In this document: positions 28,394 through 39,018 of the stretch, piece by piece
Numbering within the stretch: position 1 is the first letter of the stretch
Layout: every line of letters starts with the position of its first letter
DNA from: Spirochaetota bacterium
Lineage (GTDB): Bacteria; Spirochaetota; UBA4802; JAFGDQ01
Assembly (NCBI GenBank): GCA_043803405.1
Contig: JAZDKB010000035.1
Span: 1-64,000, forward strand
Direction of reading: 5' to 3'
Length of the DNA stretch: 64,000 nt
The notes under the pieces: generated by a model
Told to the model about the DNA's origin: nothing
Databases searched by the model: none
The model's input: only the letters and a program-made list of their open reading frames with translations
Translations under genes and position numbers: made by a program

Positions 28394-28861
28394 ATGGAAA
28401 ATATTCTAATAGTAGATGATGAAGAAAATATACTAAATATCCTGTCCGAATTAGTAAGAAGATGGGGATACAATCCTATTAAAGCACTTTCGGGAGAAGA
28501 AGCGCTGAAAAAATTTAATGACCTGTCGATTGATCTGGTAATAACTGATCTGATGATGCCGGGTATGGACGGTATTACTCTCATTAAAAAAATAATCGAA
28601 ATGCGCGAAAACACGATGATAATCATGCTTACCGGATATCCTTCCATTGAGTCCGCTGTCGAGGCAATCAGAAACGGAGCGTATGATTATCTTGCTAAGC
28701 CGGTAAACACGGACGAACTGCAAATTAAAATCAAGAGAAGCATGGAAAGAAAAGACCTGCTCCGATCCAAGTTAATTCTTAGAGGGATCAACTGGGCATT
28801 GATAATATCAATACCTTTCTGGCTTATTCTTGGAATAATACTGGCCAATATACTTAGATAA
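28394..28861 (+). CDS. Response regulator receiver with C-terminal transmembrane helix
   Basis: IVDDE, TDLMMPGMDG, LTG, GAYDYLAKP; hydrophobic tail INWALIISIPFWLILGIILANIL. Confidence 0.88.
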   Translation: MENILIVDDEENILNILSELVRRWGYNPIKALSGEEALKKFNDLSIDLVITDLMMPGMDGITLIKKIIEMRENTMIIMLTGYPSIESAVEAIRNGAYDYLAKPVNTDELQIKIKRSMERKDLLRSKLILRGINWALIISIPFWLILGIILANILR

Positions 28862-28873
28862 ACTAACGGGAAA

Positions 28874-30409
28874 TTATTTCTTTATACTGCGCGTTTTTTT
28901 CTTTTCGACTCGTTCTCTATGGTATCCCTGTAAATCTTTGAACAGATTAATTTTCTCCAGGCGCTGAATGTACTTTTCATATTGCTTTTCCCAGCCTTCT
29001 CTAAGAACACGCTTTTCCGAAAAATATCTCATGATCGGCTTAACAATGTAGTTCCATACGGATACCCATAGCTGTTTCTGGTTATGTGCAAAGGCAGATG
29101 GGGTCCACCAGCCTAGTGTAACCTGTCTGTGATACCAGAATAGATACTGAAGGCGGTCGGAATCAAGGCGTTGTGTTTTTACGTTAGCCCAGAGGCCGTT
29201 ATAGCGTTCGTATTGATCGAAGTTCGTTACAAGACCATCTTTAATCAGATCATCTCTTAAGGGAGTTTTGGGAAACGGCGAAAGCATCTGGCAGTACGAT
29301 GCATCGGCTTCTATTTTTTTAAGGAATTCGTAATTTTCCCGGATTTCCTCTTCATCGTCATTCGGCAATCCGAATATCAGTCCGCCTATTACCATTAGAC
29401 CGTGACGGTGGCAATTGGCCACTGCCTGCCTTGCTTTCTCTGCAGCGCCGGTCTTATGCATGGCTTTAAGATTTTTTTCGGATGCGTTTTCGATGCCAAG
29501 AAAAACGCCAATAAATCCGGCCTGTGCCATTTTTGCAACCATAGGCTCGTACTTGGCCATGGACGCACAATCGGCCTGTACAACAAGTCTGAGATTTTTA
29601 TATTTTCTTGCTATAATAGCGTCGCAAACTTCATTAACCCATTTCGGGTTCAGTACCATATTATCATCTGTAATGAATACGAGCCTTGTCTTTTTCTTAT
29701 AATAAATATAATCCAGATCGGCCATAATACGCTCAATAGGATACGTCCTGTAGGAACGGCCGTACATATGAAAGATGCTGCAGAAATTACAATTGCGCGT
29801 ACAGCCGCGGGATGTTTCTATAGTTTCTATTTTTGTGAACATAAAATGGTATCCGCTGGTCAGCCGTCTTTTGTCACGGACAGGGAGTTTCAGTTTTGAC
29901 AGATCGCACAGTTGCCCAGGGGCATTGTGAAGCCAGCGATTTTTCTTTTTATAGGAAAGACCGGGAATTGATTCAACTTTATCTGTCCCGGCAAGAGCGT
30001 TTACAAGACGGCGGAACGGTTCTTCGCCTTCGCCTCGTATCATAAAATCCACTCCGTCAGTGTCTGTTGAATCGGCCATTTCTTTTGACATCAGAGTTGT
30101 ATGATAACCGCCTACTACGATCTTTACGTCCGGCAGAATCTCTTTTATAAACCGGATAAGGGCAAGACATGTCCTGAACTGCCATGTCATAGACGACAAA
30201 CCTATCAGGTCGGGATTAATTCTTTTCAGTGTTTTTGTCAGGTACGAAACGATTTTAGTCCGTTTTCTGACCAGATCAATAGTGAATACTTCGTGCTGTT
30301 CATCTATGTTGCCCGCGATACATGCAATGCCGTGATTAGGCATGTGAATAGCCATTTCATGAATGATAATAGGTACGACGTCCGGCATTGAAATAAGTAC
30401 GACTTTCAT
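28874..30409 (-). CDS. Cobalamin-binding radical SAM protein
   Basis: B12-binding region (IGLSSM, VGGYH, RGEGE); SRGCTRNCNFC; DDN; GIE. Confidence 0.92.
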   Translation of the reverse strand: MKVVLISMPDVVPIIIHEMAIHMPNHGIACIAGNIDEQHEVFTIDLVRKRTKIVSYLTKTLKRINPDLIGLSSMTWQFRTCLALIRFIKEILPDVKIVVGGYHTTLMSKEMADSTDTDGVDFMIRGEGEEPFRRLVNALAGTDKVESIPGLSYKKKNRWLHNAPGQLCDLSKLKLPVRDKRRLTSGYHFMFTKIETIETSRGCTRNCNFCSIFHMYGRSYRTYPIERIMADLDYIYYKKKTRLVFITDDNMVLNPKWVNEVCDAIIARKYKNLRLVVQADCASMAKYEPMVAKMAQAGFIGVFLGIENASEKNLKAMHKTGAAEKARQAVANCHRHGLMVIGGLIFGLPNDDEEEIRENYEFLKKIEADASYCQMLSPFPKTPLRDDLIKDGLVTNFDQYERYNGLWANVKTQRLDSDRLQYLFWYHRQVTLGWWTPSAFAHNQKQLWVSVWNYIVKPIMRYFSEKRVLREGWEKQYEKYIQRLEKINLFKDLQGYHRERVEKKKTRSIKK

Positions 30410-30675
30410 ATTATTATCCTGTTTAAAACATAATTTGCGCAGCTATTATTATTAGCCCGGAAAAGAAAAATGCTGTCATTAGCAGACAGCAGACTCCAAG
30501 CTGAGAGTTACGGTTGTTTAATTAATATAACAATCAGGCATGTTAAAAAATAGGTCAATAAAAAAATTGATTTTATCAACTTTTCATAATGAGATCAGCG
30601 GTAAAACTATATGCTTTGGAAATTGCTAATTATTAGACGGGATTACGGTATAATAACAGGCTTTGAGATGCTAAA

Positions 30676-31551
30676 TTATTCCGGCATACCCAGACTGTAA
30701 AATCCGGAACGTCCGAGAACTTCTCCTGTAAGCAATAGTATTACTGAGCTGATGATTAGCAAACTATCCGATTCAATCTTACCTGTCATTAGAGCAAAGA
30801 ATATAAGGAAAGCCCCTGCCAGTGAAAAGATCAATCCCCAGCGGGTAAATGTTTTATACATAAGGATAAATGGACCTGAAAAAGATGATCCTGAAACCAG
30901 ACTATCAACGCTCCTGCCTTTATCTTCAGATTTTAATTTGGAGAATAATATAAACTGATGCACCAGCCTTAATAGAATCACAGCAATGATCAGAATGGCA
31001 GTTGCATTTAGCATACTTGTCATGGACGGAGTTGATTCTATGCTGGAAATAATCGCTGTGATAGATCCGATGCTCCCGAAAATAATAATGCTCCCAAAAA
31101 AACTGGAATATGTTATCATACTACCCCAGCCCTGTTTACCTGTAGAATAATAAATGCCGGCCATGCTGAAAACAGTTAAAATCCCCATGATTGCCGTTAA
31201 CCATATTAAAACGTTATTGTTAATAAAATTAATTTCCATAAGATAGTAGATAAACCACAATACAACAAAGGCGCCGGTAAAAACGACTTCACGGCTGAGC
31301 CATGAAGATGTAACATTTTTTACAATGCGGTATGCCCTGAAAGGATTGCCCAGGTGAAAGAATGAAGCGATCATACCTAGAACAACTATCGGTCCGGCGA
31401 TTGCCATACCGGTCCCGGTTATGCGCATAGCCGCTCCGCTGCCTACGGAAGAGCTTAAAATAACCCGATATACAGCAAGAAAAATGAATATGCCTACTGC
31501 AAACTGAACCAGCAGACTATTAACAATTAAAGACCATTCTTTACGTAACAT
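30676..31551 (-). CDS. DmsC-family membrane anchor subunit
   Basis: EWSLI..LLVQFAVG, SFFHLGNPFRA, SWLSRE, GEVLGRSGFY; about 8 TMs. Confidence 0.9.
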   Translation of the reverse strand: MLRKEWSLIVNSLLVQFAVGIFIFLAVYRVILSSSVGSGAAMRITGTGMAIAGPIVVLGMIASFFHLGNPFRAYRIVKNVTSSWLSREVVFTGAFVVLWFIYYLMEINFINNNVLIWLTAIMGILTVFSMAGIYYSTGKQGWGSMITYSSFFGSIIIFGSIGSITAIISSIESTPSMTSMLNATAILIIAVILLRLVHQFILFSKLKSEDKGRSVDSLVSGSSFSGPFILMYKTFTRWGLIFSLAGAFLIFFALMTGKIESDSLLIISSVILLLTGEVLGRSGFYSLGMPE

Positions 31552-31603
31552 TTTAAATAATACCTCCGGAAATTTAGATTAATTCCTGGGACATTGCTTC
31601 TCC

Positions 31604-32230
31604 TCAGATAAGATAATAAACTGAAGGCTCAGTTCCTCTTTCTGGAAGAAGCTGAATATGCTTACGCGTTTTCAAAAGTTTTACAACTTCGCTGTTGGCA
31701 TCCTCAATATCGCCGAAATAACGGGCCTTTGCCGGACAGACTTCCACGCAGTTCGGTTCCAATCCTTTGTCAACCCCGTTATAGCAGAAGTTGCATTTTG
31801 AAACCGTTCCTTTCTGCTGAGTATCAACGTTGCTGTCTCCTACGGGAAACTCAGAATAATATTTAGGTCTTTCTTCATTGTATGTACGCACTCCTGTATA
31901 AGGGCAGGCCATTATACAGAGCCGGCAGCCGAGGCATACATCATAATCCTGCATTACAATGCCGTCTTCCCTTTTATATGTAGCTCCGGATGGGCATGCC
32001 TTAACGCATGCAGCTTCTTCGCATTGCTGACAATTTACAGTTAAATACTGCATCTCGAGATTCGGATATGCTCCATACGGCGTATCAATTGAATTACCTC
32101 CGAATGTAAGCACCCTGTTCCACCAGATATCCTTAGGAAGATTATTCCCCTGTTTGCACGCAACTGCGCATGTGTGACAGCCTATGCAGCGCTTCATATC
32201 TATTACCATTATATATCTTTTTTTGCTCAT
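31604..32230 (-). CDS. DmsB-family 4x[4Fe-4S] electron-transfer subunit
   Basis: CIGCHTC, CQQCEEAACVKACP, CLGCRLCIMACP, KCNFC...CVEVCP. Confidence 0.93.
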   Translation of the reverse strand: MSKKRYIMVIDMKRCIGCHTCAVACKQGNNLPKDIWWNRVLTFGGNSIDTPYGAYPNLEMQYLTVNCQQCEEAACVKACPSGATYKREDGIVMQDYDVCLGCRLCIMACPYTGVRTYNEERPKYYSEFPVGDSNVDTQQKGTVSKCNFCYNGVDKGLEPNCVEVCPAKARYFGDIEDANSEVVKLLKTRKHIQLLPERGTEPSVYYLI

Positions 32231-32313
32231 TATTGTAACCTCACCCTATTGTGTTACATTTATTTCAACAATTATTGCTGTGTTAAATTTATCAAAATCC
32301 ATTACTTTAAATA

Positions 32314-34659
32314 CTACACCTTACGCACTTCACAGAGAACATCGTAAAAACTCTGGTTGTAACTTGAAGTATTCAAATAATCCGCAGTCAGTTCCTGATA
32401 TGAGCCTTTCTTAAACTGACTGCGCTGCCATCCTTTAGGGACGCTCACCATTCCCGGCCTCTGGCCTTCGCTGAGCACAGCTTTAAGCATTACACTGCCC
32501 CGATCATTGTATGCTTCCGCCATATCACCTGTAGCGATCCCTCTCTCAGCCGCGTCTTTTGGATGAATTTTCATTACAGGTTCAGGATCAAGTTCTTTGA
32601 GCCAGGGTGTGTTATACCACTGGCTGTGCAGGAACCACCGGGGCCTTGCCGTATGATATACAAGAGGATACTTCTTGCTCAAAGGATTATCCGGCCAGGC
32701 TTCCACGGGCGGTGTAAAAATCGGCAGATGTTCGCGGCTCTTATCAATCTCTATGCCGCAGTCAAGCCTGGGTTTCGGGTCTTCGAGATAGAATTCGAGC
32801 CTTCCCGATGGCGTGGGGAACCTGTCCCCTTCCCAGTTGATCCAGCAGCTCGGCATAGTCTGTATTGCTTTCTCGTTTTTTAATCTTTCCCAGGTAAGTC
32901 CGTCTTTTCGTGCCGCATCAGTGTCAAGGAGCATCTTAATAAACTCTTCATCGGAATATTTAAAATATTCTCCAAATCCCATGCCGTTTGCAATAAGCCG
33001 GAAGATATCCATGTCGGATTTTGATTCATAAGCCGGCTCAAGGGCTTTTTCCGAAATAGTTGCATAAGGCTGATTCGGCCCTTGAACAAAGTCCAGTCTT
33101 TCGAACCAGTGGGATGCGGGCAGAATTATATCCGCATAATTAGTAGTATCTGTTTCAACAATATCGACAGCCACGATAAAATCTATTGCAGGGAAGACAG
33201 TATTAATGATTTCATTCTGATTTGTGGCATTGCATACTACATTGCTGTCATAAATGTACAATGCCTTAATGGGGTAGGGTTTTTCTTTGAATTGTCCTGT
33301 TTTTAAAATCTCTTTAAGATAAATCCATGGAATGACCGGAGCTTTCATGCCTTGAGGTGCGAAATACTGAGGAAGATTTAAGTTATTTTTTAAAAAGCTG
33401 CCGCAGTGCCCCACTGAAGCGCCTGGTTTAGCTATGTTTCCCGTCAATGCCACCAGTATGCCCCAGGCATGGCCAGTCTGCAGTCCGTTGTCATAATGAA
33501 TAAACCCATTGTAAATACTTGACGGCTTATTTTGCGCAAAGATTCGTGCGACTTCACGTATATCGTCAGGCTTCACTTCGCAAATGTTTGCTACGGTTTC
33601 CGGAGCATACATCGACATTTCCTGTTTCAGAAGGCTGAAAGCAGTGTTTACTTTAATGCCGTTGACCGTAAACGAACCTTCAAGCGCGGGATTTTTAACT
33701 TGAGCAAGAACATTACCATCGTTAGCATCATTATCCCAGACAATATATGGATCAGGAGTTGTTGGGGTTTCGGGCTTTATTCCGGTAATATCGCTCTGGC
33801 GTAAAAATTTCTTTGTGTCTTCGTGGACAAGGAACGGCGCAACAGTATGCTTAAGTAGATATTCTTCATCATACAATTTTTCTAAAATAATAACCTGAGC
33901 CATTGACATTGCAAAAGCAGGGTCCGAACCCGGCCTGATGGATATCCACATGTCGGCTTTTGCTGCAACCGCAGTGAATCTCGGATCAATGACGATAATT
34001 TTGCCTCCGGCCTCCTGCGCCTCTCTGATAAACCTCCAGTCATGCGGATGCGACTCCGTAATATTCGCTGCCCAGACCAGGACTGTTTTTGCGTTGGCGA
34101 GATCAGCCGGGTCATTACGCTGATTAAAGCTTACACCGCTTCCGATTACGCGGCCCAGCCCGTAGGTATCCGCAAAATCGAGGGAAAGGTCGGTTCGTGT
34201 GGCTTCCATAAGGTTGGCAAGCCTCATGATGCTGGCCAGACCGTTCAGGTATGCCATATTACCGCTTACCGAAGAAAATACAACGGATTGCTTTCCGGAC
34301 TCCTGCTGGTAGGATTTAAATTTCGATACTATTGTATTGATGGCTTCATCCCAGCTTATGCGCTCCCATTTGCCTTCACCGCGTTTTCCTGTGCGTTTCA
34401 TTGGATATTTCAGACGATTGGGATCATATATGCGCTGCAGGTGGGTAAGCCCTCTTAAGCAGACACGGTTATATCGCGGGTCCGGAAACGTACCCATGCT
34501 TATTTTTACAGCTTTACCGTCTCTCACATGAACAAACAGCCTGCAGCGGCTTGCGCAGTTGCCGATACACATACAGCTGTAAACCTGTTCATCTTTGTCT
34601 TTTGCGATTTTTTCCTGCTTATCATATACTGCTGCATGAGGACTTTTTCTGCTGTCCAT
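32314..34659 (-). CDS. DMSO-reductase-family molybdopterin oxidoreductase catalytic subunit (no Tat signal)
   Basis: CIGNCASRC...CLRG Fe-S motif, RLKYPMKR, ISWDEA, IDPR, ADIILPA, TPSGRLE, HSQ; ATG 34659 follows GGAGGT. Confidence 0.93.
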   Translation of the reverse strand: MDSRKSPHAAVYDKQEKIAKDKDEQVYSCMCIGNCASRCRLFVHVRDGKAVKISMGTFPDPRYNRVCLRGLTHLQRIYDPNRLKYPMKRTGKRGEGKWERISWDEAINTIVSKFKSYQQESGKQSVVFSSVSGNMAYLNGLASIMRLANLMEATRTDLSLDFADTYGLGRVIGSGVSFNQRNDPADLANAKTVLVWAANITESHPHDWRFIREAQEAGGKIIVIDPRFTAVAAKADMWISIRPGSDPAFAMSMAQVIILEKLYDEEYLLKHTVAPFLVHEDTKKFLRQSDITGIKPETPTTPDPYIVWDNDANDGNVLAQVKNPALEGSFTVNGIKVNTAFSLLKQEMSMYAPETVANICEVKPDDIREVARIFAQNKPSSIYNGFIHYDNGLQTGHAWGILVALTGNIAKPGASVGHCGSFLKNNLNLPQYFAPQGMKAPVIPWIYLKEILKTGQFKEKPYPIKALYIYDSNVVCNATNQNEIINTVFPAIDFIVAVDIVETDTTNYADIILPASHWFERLDFVQGPNQPYATISEKALEPAYESKSDMDIFRLIANGMGFGEYFKYSDEEFIKMLLDTDAARKDGLTWERLKNEKAIQTMPSCWINWEGDRFPTPSGRLEFYLEDPKPRLDCGIEIDKSREHLPIFTPPVEAWPDNPLSKKYPLVYHTARPRWFLHSQWYNTPWLKELDPEPVMKIHPKDAAERGIATGDMAEAYNDRGSVMLKAVLSEGQRPGMVSVPKGWQRSQFKKGSYQELTADYLNTSSYNQSFYDVLCEVRKV

Positions 34660-35174
34660 GTTTATTACCTCCATAAAATCAATAACCGGTCATTGGTTCT
34701 ATTTTTTTACCCAGTGTAATCATTAATGGAACCGGCATAATCTGATTCCTTTACCATATTCGGTTAAAGCAAGTGTTCCCGCAAGTGCGCAGTGCTACTG
34801 GATTGAAAGATATGAAAAAAATAATTATTTAATGATTTAAATAAAATAATAAATATATAAGTATGATGAACTGGTTTCTTTTATGACAGGAACAACATAA
34901 CAATATGAAGATGTTATTGTTGAATAACAATATATCTTTTTTAAAAGTCAATTTAATTTTTAATAATTACTTTAAAATTAATTTTATTTTTATTTTTTTT
35001 TATTATTTAGTAAATTTCAGCAGTGTCAACACTGTACCGACCGATTGTTCGCTAAAATTATTTTATGGCATTTTATTAATTGATTGTTTACAAAGGCCAA
35101 CGTCCGTTTTAAGATATTACTATTTTAGAATTCATCAGGCACAGTAAATAAAAATAAATCTATCAGGATGACTT

Positions 35175-36071
35175 ATGAGCGAGACTATTGAACTGAAGTT
35201 TACCAGCAAACCAAGAGCAATAAAAAATTTCCTGCAATTTATTTTATTCAAACGTCCCGGTCTTAAACCCGGCCTGGAACTTCCTAAAATGAAAGTAAGC
35301 ATGAATAATTTAACCATTGATCCTGACCATTTAAGACGCTATACAGATGCCTGCGGGTTAAAAGAAAAGAAAACCATACCGGTTCTTTTCCCGCATGTAA
35401 TAGCATCTCCCTTTTATATGGCCATGATGTCTCACAGGGCATTTCCTTTTTTTGTTATAGGCACACTTCATCTGAGAAATCATATTATACAATACCGGCC
35501 TATCGGTAGTAATGAAATGTTTGATATTATTGTGGAGCTTCGGCAAAAACGTGTTGTAAAACAAGGTGTCGAATTTGATTTCACCATAGAGCTGAACAGT
35601 AAAGGTGAGGTATTATGGAAAAGCGTATCCACCATGATGAAAAGAGGAAATTTCGGCACTGACATTACAGACTCGACTTTGAGCGATTCCATGGACGCGA
35701 TTCCAGACACAGCAACATACCGGGAATTACATGTTCCGAAAAACATGGGAAAAAAATTCGCGCGCATAACAAGCGATTATAATCCAATACACTTATCAAG
35801 GATTGCTGCGCTTGTTTTCGGATTTAAGCGCGACATTATCCATGCCATGTGGGCTTCCGCACAGGCTATCGGCGTTCTTCCAAAAATTTCTGAAAAGTTA
35901 CCTCTTCGTGTTGACCTTGCATTTAAGGGCCCGGTTTTTATGGATAGCCCCACCAGGGTAACGCTGAAAAAAATACGGAAAGGCTATCGTTTCGACTATT
36001 ACTGTGAAGATAATCCCAGGCCATCCATACAGGGAAAATTAATTTCTGTTAGTCATAAAGAAAAGCCCTGA
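35175..36071 (+). CDS. MaoC/double hot-dog (R)-specific enoyl-CoA hydratase-like protein
   Basis: SDYNPIH, IIHAMW, FKGPV hydratase motifs. Confidence 0.88.
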   Translation: MSETIELKFTSKPRAIKNFLQFILFKRPGLKPGLELPKMKVSMNNLTIDPDHLRRYTDACGLKEKKTIPVLFPHVIASPFYMAMMSHRAFPFFVIGTLHLRNHIIQYRPIGSNEMFDIIVELRQKRVVKQGVEFDFTIELNSKGEVLWKSVSTMMKRGNFGTDITDSTLSDSMDAIPDTATYRELHVPKNMGKKFARITSDYNPIHLSRIAALVFGFKRDIIHAMWASAQAIGVLPKISEKLPLRVDLAFKGPVFMDSPTRVTLKKIRKGYRFDYYCEDNPRPSIQGKLISVSHKEKP

Positions 36072-36092
36072 TGCTTATTTTAATTATTTACC

Positions 36093-36512
36093 CTATTCGC
36101 CGATTATCTTTACAAGCACGCGCTTTGGCCTTCGGCCGTCAAATTCTCCATAGAAGATCTGCTCCCATGGCCCGAAATCAAGTTTCCCGTTGGTAATTGC
36201 AATTACAGCCTCTCTGCCCATTATTGTTCTTTTAATATGAGCGTCTCCATTGTCTTCCCCTGTCCGGTTATGCCTGTATTTATCGACAGGTTCATGAGGC
36301 GCAATATTTTCAAGAAAATCATCGAAATCATTCAGCAATCCGCGTTCATTATCGTTGATGAAAACAGACGCGGTGATGTGCATTGCATTTACCAGACACA
36401 GGCCTTCCTTTACGCCACTCTTCGACACAAGTCCGGAAACAGTGCCTGTAATATTGATGTATTCGCGCCTTGACTTTGTATTAAATGTAAGATATTCTGT
36501 CAGTGATTTCAT
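36093..36512 (-). CDS. yjbQ: YjbQ/UPF0047 family protein
   Basis: [32 protein letters not shown]. Confidence 0.93.
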   Translation of the reverse strand: MKSLTEYLTFNTKSRREYINITGTVSGLVSKSGVKEGLCLVNAMHITASVFINDNERGLLNDFDDFLENIAPHEPVDKYRHNRTGEDNGDAHIKRTIMGREAVIAITNGKLDFGPWEQIFYGEFDGRRPKRVLVKIIGE

Positions 36513-36701
36513 TTTGCACCCCTGTAAAGTATATATATACTCACGTATCGACCGGAAGCTGCCGGAAAATCTATAATTAAAGCATCGATTAATACAATAA
36601 TTAAATTGACTTGCATATAAATTTTTTTTAATAATGAATTTGATTCACAGATAATTGCCCGCCAAACAGAGCAATGAAATGTTTAATGCAGGAGTCAATG
36701 T

Positions 36702-37553
36702 ATGGATATAAATACATTGGAACTAAGTATTAATAATCTATTAAAAGATTCTGCTGAAGGGCTATGGTTCAACCGAAAAAAAGAAAAATTATATGATTAT
36801 ATAAGCGTTGGCAGGCAATCATCCCGTCATCCCGTGTTTGACAAAATATCCGAAGTGCATAAAGATAATCTGCATCCGTCGGATTTTTTCAACATCGACA
36901 GAGAATTAGGATTAACCGTACTTTCATTTGCTTTTAATTTTAACAGGGCTATTGTAAAAACAAATGCAAAAGAGAACCTGCATCCTTCTTATGAATGGTA
37001 TGAGATCCGGCATAAATTCGAAAGTATTTATCCGGTAATTGCTTCTTTCATTAAAGATATGTATCATCCGGCTGAAATTGTTGTCCCTTTTAAAAGCTCT
37101 GCTTATTCTACATATTCTACAAACGGAATACTGGTATCGAACTGGTCCGAACGGCATGTCGCATTTGCCTGCGGTCTGGGCTCCTTCGGTTTACATAGCG
37201 CCATAATAACAGATCATGGCTGTACACACAGGCTGTTAAGCATTATCGTAAAAGAAGAATGCCCGGAAACTGAAATAGATATGGATGACCTGCATTACAA
37301 TTGCCTTTATTATAAAAACAGAAGCTGCGGAAAATGCATAACAAGATGCCCGGTCGGAGCTATACAGAATGGCGTCCATGATCTGAAAAAATGCTATAGC
37401 CATGAACATATAACAAATAAACAAAAATCCATTGAGATATACGGATCTGATATATCATCCTGTGCGCTTTGCATGTGCGGTGTACCGTGCGATACTCAAA
37501 AGCCGTTAAAAGAAGATCGCAGCGAATCTTACAGCCAGCATCTCATTTTATAA
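36702..37553 (+). CDS. QueG-like (epoxyqueuosine reductase family) 4Fe-4S protein; true substrate uncertain
   Basis: SNWSERHVAFACGLGSFGL; CGKCITRCPVGAI; CALCMCGVPC. Confidence 0.8.
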   Translation: MDINTLELSINNLLKDSAEGLWFNRKKEKLYDYISVGRQSSRHPVFDKISEVHKDNLHPSDFFNIDRELGLTVLSFAFNFNRAIVKTNAKENLHPSYEWYEIRHKFESIYPVIASFIKDMYHPAEIVVPFKSSAYSTYSTNGILVSNWSERHVAFACGLGSFGLHSAIITDHGCTHRLLSIIVKEECPETEIDMDDLHYNCLYYKNRSCGKCITRCPVGAIQNGVHDLKKCYSHEHITNKQKSIEIYGSDISSCALCMCGVPCDTQKPLKEDRSESYSQHLIL

Positions 37554-37704
37554 ATTGATTGCCTGTAAAGGCGAGAGGCCGCCAGCTGCTATCAGCTAAA
37601 AATTAGCTGGACTGATTTTAGGACAATTTTTTTAAAGTTGCCATTTTTCAATTATTGCAAAGTAATTAATGTTATTTGCACTTTTCTGTTTTAAAGGATA
37701 TAAA

Positions 37705-38103
37705 ATGATACATACAGTTGAAATTAAAGTAAGGGGATACCATGTTGATGTTTTCGGTCATGTCAATAATGCGAGGTATCTCGAATTCCTTGAAGAGGCG
37801 CGCTGGGATGCTATCGAAGAAAGCATAGATGTCCGGGATATTATGCAGAACGGTTACGCGTTCAATGTGGTCAACATCAATATAAATTACCGAAGGCCGG
37901 CCGTGCCGAATGACGTGCTTGTAATCGAATCTGAAATTGCAAAGCTCAACAGCCGCAGCGGGATTGTTCACCAGGCTGTTAAATTAAAAGGAACTGAAAC
38001 AATAGTCGCAGATGCCGATGTTACTTTTGTAATGTTTGATGTTAAAAATAATAAAGTCGCGGTGCTGGAAGGAGATCTTTTAGCTTTGTTGCAGAAAGTG
38101 TAG
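37705..38103 (+). CDS. YbgC/FadM-family acyl-CoA thioesterase
   Basis: VRGYHVDVFGHVNNARYLEFLEEAR; ATG 37705 after AAGGA. Confidence 0.92.
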   Translation: MIHTVEIKVRGYHVDVFGHVNNARYLEFLEEARWDAIEESIDVRDIMQNGYAFNVVNININYRRPAVPNDVLVIESEIAKLNSRSGIVHQAVKLKGTETIVADADVTFVMFDVKNNKVAVLEGDLLALLQKV

Positions 38104-38189
38104 AATTGAGCAGATCATAAGTATATTGAGAAACCGGGCAGGAAGGGGATAAGGATATAAAGATAGAGCATTTTTTGCAGCAAATTTCA

Positions 38190-38951
38190 TTAAACCGTAA
38201 GCAGCTCCCCTGCCTTGTGTCTTTCCGCTAGATGATATTTTCTGCCGTCATTGATACCGCGATGCGTGCGCAGGGCCAGGTCAGGTGTATTGTTCTCTCC
38301 CGACAAATGTCCCAGGCAGACCCAGCGCAGCCTGTCCCCATGCCGTCCGATGAGTTCCGCAGACTCAATGTTCGAAATATGCCCGTGTGGTCCTGCGATT
38401 CTGTTTTTCAGATGACGCGGGTACTGTCCGTTTTGAAGCATGTCCGGGTCGTAGTTGCTTTCTATCAGGGCAGCATCGACAGACTCGAGGGCGTTCCTCA
38501 GGTCTCCATACACATGCCCCAGGTCAGTGAATATCCCCAGCCGTGATTCGCCGTCGTCGACGATAAATGAAACACCGTCCACGCCGTCATGCGGCGTAGG
38601 TATGGTCTCAATCCGAACATGTCCGAATACCATAGTGCCGCCAGCACTGAAATGGCTGACCTCTCCAAGTTTTCCCGGATCATGGAATGAATTTACAGCC
38701 CGTAGGGTCTTATCTGTGAGCCACAAAGGAATGCCAAACTTGCGCTGGTAAATCCCGGCGCATCTGCTATGGTCTGCGTGGTCATGTGAGATTATCAGAG
38801 CATCAACGCTTGTGATCTCGCGGCCTGCCAGGCTAAGTCTTTCGGCTGCCTGTTTGCCGCTGATCCCGGCATCGAAGAGAAGCTTTATTCCGCCTGCCTC
38901 TACGTAAATGCAGTTGCCGCTGCTTCCTGATTGCAATGAAAGGAGGTTCAT
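38190..38951 (-). CDS. Metallo-beta-lactamase-fold hydrolase, YycJ/WalJ-like
   Basis: SGSSGN, DAG, SHDHADH, HD, TDLG, ESNYD, GHISN, HLS.ENN. Confidence 0.92.
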   Translation of the reverse strand: MNLLSLQSGSSGNCIYVEAGGIKLLFDAGISGKQAAERLSLAGREITSVDALIISHDHADHSRCAGIYQRKFGIPLWLTDKTLRAVNSFHDPGKLGEVSHFSAGGTMVFGHVRIETIPTPHDGVDGVSFIVDDGESRLGIFTDLGHVYGDLRNALESVDAALIESNYDPDMLQNGQYPRHLKNRIAGPHGHISNIESAELIGRHGDRLRWVCLGHLSGENNTPDLALRTHRGINDGRKYHLAERHKAGELLTV

Positions 38952-39018
38952 CTGGAGAAGGTAATTCGTCCGGCATATCCTGGTCAAGCCTTTTATAACA
39001 ATAAGAAAGCCTCATGCC

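Noticed and set aside
34680..34810. Moco riboswitch or sigma54 promoter upstream of the dmsA-like gene
   Set aside because: Only a CACTTGC direct repeat on the minus strand; GG-N10-GC spacing and Moco RNA motifs not found by eye
36702..37553. Naming the gene queG
   Set aside because: Matches the broader QueG-like Fe-S family only; no queuosine genes nearby
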